Of a DNA stretch of 64,000 bases, positions 61,159 through 64,000 are shown one piece after another (position 1 is the stretch's first letter; each line of letters starts with the position of its first letter). Location of the stretch: NCBI GenBank assembly GCA_963747925.1, contig CAVVHA010000008.1, positions 8,736 through 72,735 of the forward strand. The letters run 5' to 3'. The stretch comes from an uncultured Acidobacteriota bacterium (lineage in GTDB: Bacteria > Acidobacteriota > Polarisedimenticolia > QHYA01 > CAVVHA01). The translations under genes and the position numbers were made by a program. The notes below the pieces were generated by a model, which saw only the letters and a program-made list of their open reading frames with translations, made no database searches and was not told where the DNA came from.

Positions 61159-61908
61159 ATGTTTGACCACATGCTCGAGTCCAGGAAGGGCGGCGAAGAC
61201 AAGAAGCCCTGGTACTTCTTTCCGGTCGCCCTGGCCCTGCACATCATCGTGATCGCGGTGATCGTCGCCGGGTCCTACGTGGCGGTGGTCGCGGTCCAGG
61301 ATCCCGACCTGATGATCTCCTTCGTCAGCGGGGCCGCTCCGCCTCCCCCACCTCCCCCGCCTCCGCCGCCGCCCAAGAAGTCGAGCAGCGACGTGAAAAA
61401 GGTCGAGATCAAGCCGACCCAGCCGGACGAGGTCGTCCAGCCGACGGAAACCCCCAAGGAGATCCCCAAGACCGATGAAGGGGACAGCGGCGTCGACGGG
61501 GGCGTGGAAGGCGGCGTGGAAGGCGGCGTCGAGGGCGGCGTGCCCGGCGGCGTCGTGGGCGGCGTCGTGGGCGGCGTGCTCGGCGGCGTGCTGGGCGGCA
61601 CCGGCACGACGACCGACGAGGAGCCGATCCTCGTGGTGGGCGACGTGAGCCCGCCCGAGCTTCTCGTGAAGGTCCAGCCCGAGTACCCCGAGATGGCGCG
61701 CCGGGCGCGCATCGAGGGGAAGGTCATCCTCGAGGCGATCATCAACACGAACGGGGACGTCGAGAACGTCCGCGTCCTGCGGTCCATTCCCCTCCTCGAC
61801 AACTCGGCGATCGCCGCCGTGAAGAAGTGGAAGTACAAGCCGGCCGTCCAGCACGGACGCCCCGTGAAGGTCTACTTCACGGTCGTCGTCGAGTTCTCGC
61901 TCCGCTGA
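61159..61908 (+). CDS. tonB: TonB family energy transducer
   Basis: N-terminal TM helix, a P12 tract, a (GGVE/GGVV)n repeat, and the TonB C-terminal domain (ILVVGDVSPPELLVKVQPEYPEMARRARIEGKVILEAIINTNGDVENVRVLRS). Confidence 0.8.
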   Translation: MFDHMLESRKGGEDKKPWYFFPVALALHIIVIAVIVAGSYVAVVAVQDPDLMISFVSGAAPPPPPPPPPPPPKKSSSDVKKVEIKPTQPDEVVQPTETPKEIPKTDEGDSGVDGGVEGGVEGGVEGGVPGGVVGGVVGGVLGGVLGGTGTTTDEEPILVVGDVSPPELLVKVQPEYPEMARRARIEGKVILEAIINTNGDVENVRVLRSIPLLDNSAIAAVKKWKYKPAVQHGRPVKVYFTVVVEFSLR

Positions 61909-61974
61909 TCCGAGGTCATCACAAGGTCCAGAATACCGAGCAGATAAGCCAATACCGATTCAAGGAGCCCAACC

Positions 61975-62658
61975 ATGGAAATGTCACTCGTCGAAATGTT
62001 CAGGCAGGCGGGATGGGTCGCCAAGGGAGTCATCCTCCTCCTCCTCATCATGTCGATCTACTCGATCAGCGTCATGTTCGAAAAGTACATGACCTACCGC
62101 GCCGCGAGGAAGGAATCCCTCGAATACCTTCCCCTGCTGGCCAGGTCGCTGAAGGCCGACAAGCTGCAGGAGGCGGTGGACAGCTCCAAGCGCTACAAGA
62201 AGGCGCACATCGCCAAGGTCACCTCGGCGGGGCTCCTCGAATTCCTCAACCAGTCGGGCTCGACGGGAACCTCCTACGACATCGTCGAGGCGGTCCGCCG
62301 CCAGCTCGACATGGCCAGCGCCCTCACCTCGGCCGAGATGAAGAAGGGCCTGGGCGGGCTCGCGACGATCGGCTCGACCGCCCCCTTCATCGGGCTGTTC
62401 GGAACCGTCATGGGGATCGTCAACGCCTTCACGGGCATGGCGACCAGCGGTTCGGGCGGTCTCGCCGCCGTGTCGGCCGGTATCGCCGAGGCTCTGATCA
62501 CGACCGCCTTCGGGCTCCTCGTGGCCATCCCCGCGGTCATGGCCTTCAACTACTTCACCGGCCGCCTGGAGCGTTTCGACATCGAGATGACCAACTCCTC
62601 GCAGGAGCTGATCGACTTCTTCCTCAAGAAGCACGGGGCGGCCTATGGGGCCAAGTAG
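61975..62658 (+). CDS. exbB: MotA/TolQ/ExbB proton-channel protein
   Basis: 227-aa intact ORF with three TM helices and ExbB motifs (LATIGSTAPFIGLFGTVMGIVNAF). Confidence 0.85.
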   Translation: MEMSLVEMFRQAGWVAKGVILLLLIMSIYSISVMFEKYMTYRAARKESLEYLPLLARSLKADKLQEAVDSSKRYKKAHIAKVTSAGLLEFLNQSGSTGTSYDIVEAVRRQLDMASALTSAEMKKGLGGLATIGSTAPFIGLFGTVMGIVNAFTGMATSGSGGLAAVSAGIAEALITTAFGLLVAIPAVMAFNYFTGRLERFDIEMTNSSQELIDFFLKKHGAAYGAK

Positions 62659-63055
62659 TCCCGCTGGCGGCGTCAAGTCGGACATCAACGTCACGCCCCT
62701 CGTGGACGTGATGCTGGTCCTTCTGATCATCTTCATGGTGGTCACGCCGATGCTCCAGAAGGGCCAGGCCGTGCAGATTCCCCGCGCGGGGAACCCGCCG
62801 AAGAAGCCCGACGACAAGTCGCAGATCATGGTCGTGCTCAGCGAGAAGCACGACTACTGGATCGAGAAGGAAAAGATGTCCGAGGCTCAGTTCCCCACCA
62901 GGATCAAGGAGACGTACCAGCGGAACATGGGCAGCAGCATCGTGATCAAGGCCGACTCGCGCCTCACCTACGGCGAGGTCAAGAAGGCGATGCTGCAGAT
63001 CAAGGAGGCCGGCTTCACTCAGGTCGGCCTGATCGCACAGAAGAAGGAAGGATAG
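62645..63055 (+). CDS. exbD: ExbD/TolR biopolymer transport protein
   Basis: DINVTPLVDVMLVLLIIFMVVTP motif. The start overlaps the exbB end. Confidence 0.85.
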   Translation: MGPSSPAGGVKSDINVTPLVDVMLVLLIIFMVVTPMLQKGQAVQIPRAGNPPKKPDDKSQIMVVLSEKHDYWIEKEKMSEAQFPTRIKETYQRNMGSSIVIKADSRLTYGEVKKAMLQIKEAGFTQVGLIAQKKEG

Positions 63056-63073
63056 CCGCGGAAAGGTGATGTC

Positions 63074-63568
63074 ATGTCAATGAACCTGGGCGGTGGCGGT
63101 GGTTATAACTCGGACATCAACGTCACCCCGCTGGTGGACGTGATGCTCGTCCTCCTGATCATCTTCATGGTCGTGACCCCGCTGACCCAGCGCGGGTACG
63201 ACATCGATATCCCGCGGGAGTCCAGCACGGCTGCCACGGAAGACCAGACGAAGAACCAGGTGATCCTCGCGATCTCCGAGGAGCTCTGCCCTGCCATCGC
63301 ACCCCTGACCGGCGCCGGGCTCCCGCCGGGCTGCAGGGTGCGGATCAACAAGGAAGAGATCGCCCTGGCCGACCTGCCGGCGAAGATGAACGAGATCTTC
63401 AAGAACCGCCGGGCAGCCGACAAGCTGGTGTTCCTCGCGGCCCAGGAGAAGCTCAACTACGAGGCCGTGGTCCAGATCGTGGACATCGCCAAGGGCGGCG
63501 TGGGCGATGACCTGAAGATCGGCATCGTGACCGACGAGCGCCTGGCGACCGCCACGGGCGGCATGTAA
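63074..63568 (+). CDS. exbD: Second ExbD/TolR paralogue (longer periplasmic domain)
   Basis: DINVTPLVDVMLVLLIIFMVVTP is repeated in a 164-aa ORF. Confidence 0.8.
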   Translation: MSMNLGGGGGYNSDINVTPLVDVMLVLLIIFMVVTPLTQRGYDIDIPRESSTAATEDQTKNQVILAISEELCPAIAPLTGAGLPPGCRVRINKEEIALADLPAKMNEIFKNRRAADKLVFLAAQEKLNYEAVVQIVDIAKGGVGDDLKIGIVTDERLATATGGM

Positions 63569-63593
63569 CCCCCTCCCGCATCAGAACCCCGAA

Positions 63594-63621
63594 GGCCCGC
63601 CTCACCGGCGGGCCTTTTTTT
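63594..63621 (+). terminator. Rho-independent terminator after exbD2
   Basis: GGCCCGCC-tcac-cGGCGGGCC followed by TTTTTTT. Confidence 0.6.
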
Positions 63622-63625
63622 ATGG

Positions 63626-63752
63626 TCCCGCGCCCATCAGCCGCGGGCGCCGCAGGCGCCCGCCGGCCTCAGGGATGAGCCGCGTCCGGCCGCTGGCCGC
63701 CCTTCCCCCCTCCCGCGCCCATCAGCCGCGGGCGCCGCAGGCGCCCGCCGGC
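63626..63752. repeat. Two perfect 42-bp direct repeats (63626-63667 and 63711-63752), each containing a GC hairpin GCGGGCGCC-gcag-GCGCCCGC
   Basis: tcccgcgcccatcagccgcgggcgccgcaggcgcccgccggc occurs twice, 85 bp apart, immediately downstream of the terminator. Confidence 0.7.
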
Positions 63753-63932
63753 TGCATGAGCGCGAGCGAGGGTTCCTTTACTTTGCCCCCCTATTTGGGT
63801 ATGGTTACGCCGCCCTTGCGGGGCATTCTCTGACATTTCCATCCTGAGGAACCATCCGCGCCGCTTTCCGGGCGCGGGGTGGCCGCCCGCAAGGCGCTCA
63901 CCGATCGTACGAACTGAACGGGGGATCTACTG

Positions 63933-64000
63933 ATGTTGATGGGTCTGGTGCTCGTAATCGCGGTTCTGGCGCTTCTCACCGCCGTCTGGCTCGCCTCCTG
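63933..64000 (+). CDS. 5' end of a membrane-protein gene running out of the window
   Basis: GGGGGAT ribosome-binding site, then ATG and MLMGLVLVIAVLALLTAVWLAS. Confidence 0.3.
   Translation, partial: MLMGLVLVIAVLALLTAVWLAS

Noticed and set aside
61495-61600. Tandem 12-nt repeats (ggcgtcgagggc-like)
   Set aside because: This is a coding repeat inside tonB giving GGVEGGVEGGV. It is not a CRISPR array: there are no spacers and the repeat is only 12 nt.
55270-61854. 958-aa and 1053-aa minus-strand ORFs (55270-58146, 58693-61854)
   Set aside because: Only their C-terminal parts are real (livM+livG, and livK). The N-terminal extensions run antisense through livH and through the TPR/tonB genes and have no protein-like composition.
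1-64000. Search for CRISPR arrays, rRNA and intact tRNA genes
   Set aside because: No array of regularly spaced repeats, no rRNA-like conserved stretches, and only the truncated tRNA-Asn-like fragment at 3802-3866 were seen.

Overview
This is a 64-kb segment of a roughly 70 % GC bacterial chromosome. The protein repeat families present (Myxococcus-type Cys-rich repeats, beta-propeller blades, A2M/PBP1C, TonB-ExbBD) suggest a Myxococcota/Acidobacteriota/Gemmatimonadota-like Gram-negative, but that is inference only.

The first ~3.3 kb is clearly lower in GC. It carries a heavily decayed SF1 helicase gene (DUF4011-type N-terminus, AAA_11/AAA_12 core, DUF559 tail) next to a 3' fragment of a tRNA-Asn(GUU)-like gene and short direct and inverted repeats. 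Together these look like the edge of an old tRNA-targeted integrated element.

The rest of the window is ordinary chromosome. From start to end:
- an MscS channel, a pterin dehydratase and a DUF2752 protein;
- a ~900-aa secreted repeat protein (propeller blades, Myxococcus Cys-rich repeats, two C-terminal beta-sandwich domains);
- an aldo-keto reductase and two cyclophilins;
- a Tat-exported three-subunit xanthine-dehydrogenase-family aldehyde oxidoreductase (PaoABC-like) and a MATE pump;
- Ogt, a long transketolase-family gene, aminotransferases and an SPFH protein;
- an ALDH7-like dehydrogenase operon ending in an EVE-like protein;
- a DUF2339 membrane protein;
- the conserved alpha-2-macroglobulin/PBP1C pair, preceded by a LOR/SDH-family gene and two orphan single-domain response regulators;
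- a peptidoglycan-remodelling cluster (two L,D-transpeptidases, a degenerate YkuD-like protein, a DUF4398 lipoprotein, an SLT-LysM transglycosylase);
- a complete livKHMGF branched-chain amino-acid ABC operon;
- a TPR-lipoprotein/TonB/ExbB/ExbD/ExbD operon, followed by a terminator and two perfect 42-bp direct repeats.

The most important caveat is technical. More than 20 otherwise conserved genes are interrupted by single-nucleotide frameshifts, roughly one per 1.5 kb. Each junction I could resolve by eye is a +1 insertion. Several very long 'ORFs' in the track are GC-driven artefacts that fuse true gene pieces. The pattern looks like sequencing or assembly error rather than mass pseudogenisation.

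Feature coordinates below therefore span the reconstructed genes. I found no CRISPR array, rRNA or intact tRNA, and I cannot name a single clearly novel system. The best candidates for follow-up are the degraded island and att remnant, the giant repeat protein, the response-regulator-to-A2M/PBP1C gene string, and the cell-wall remodelling cluster.
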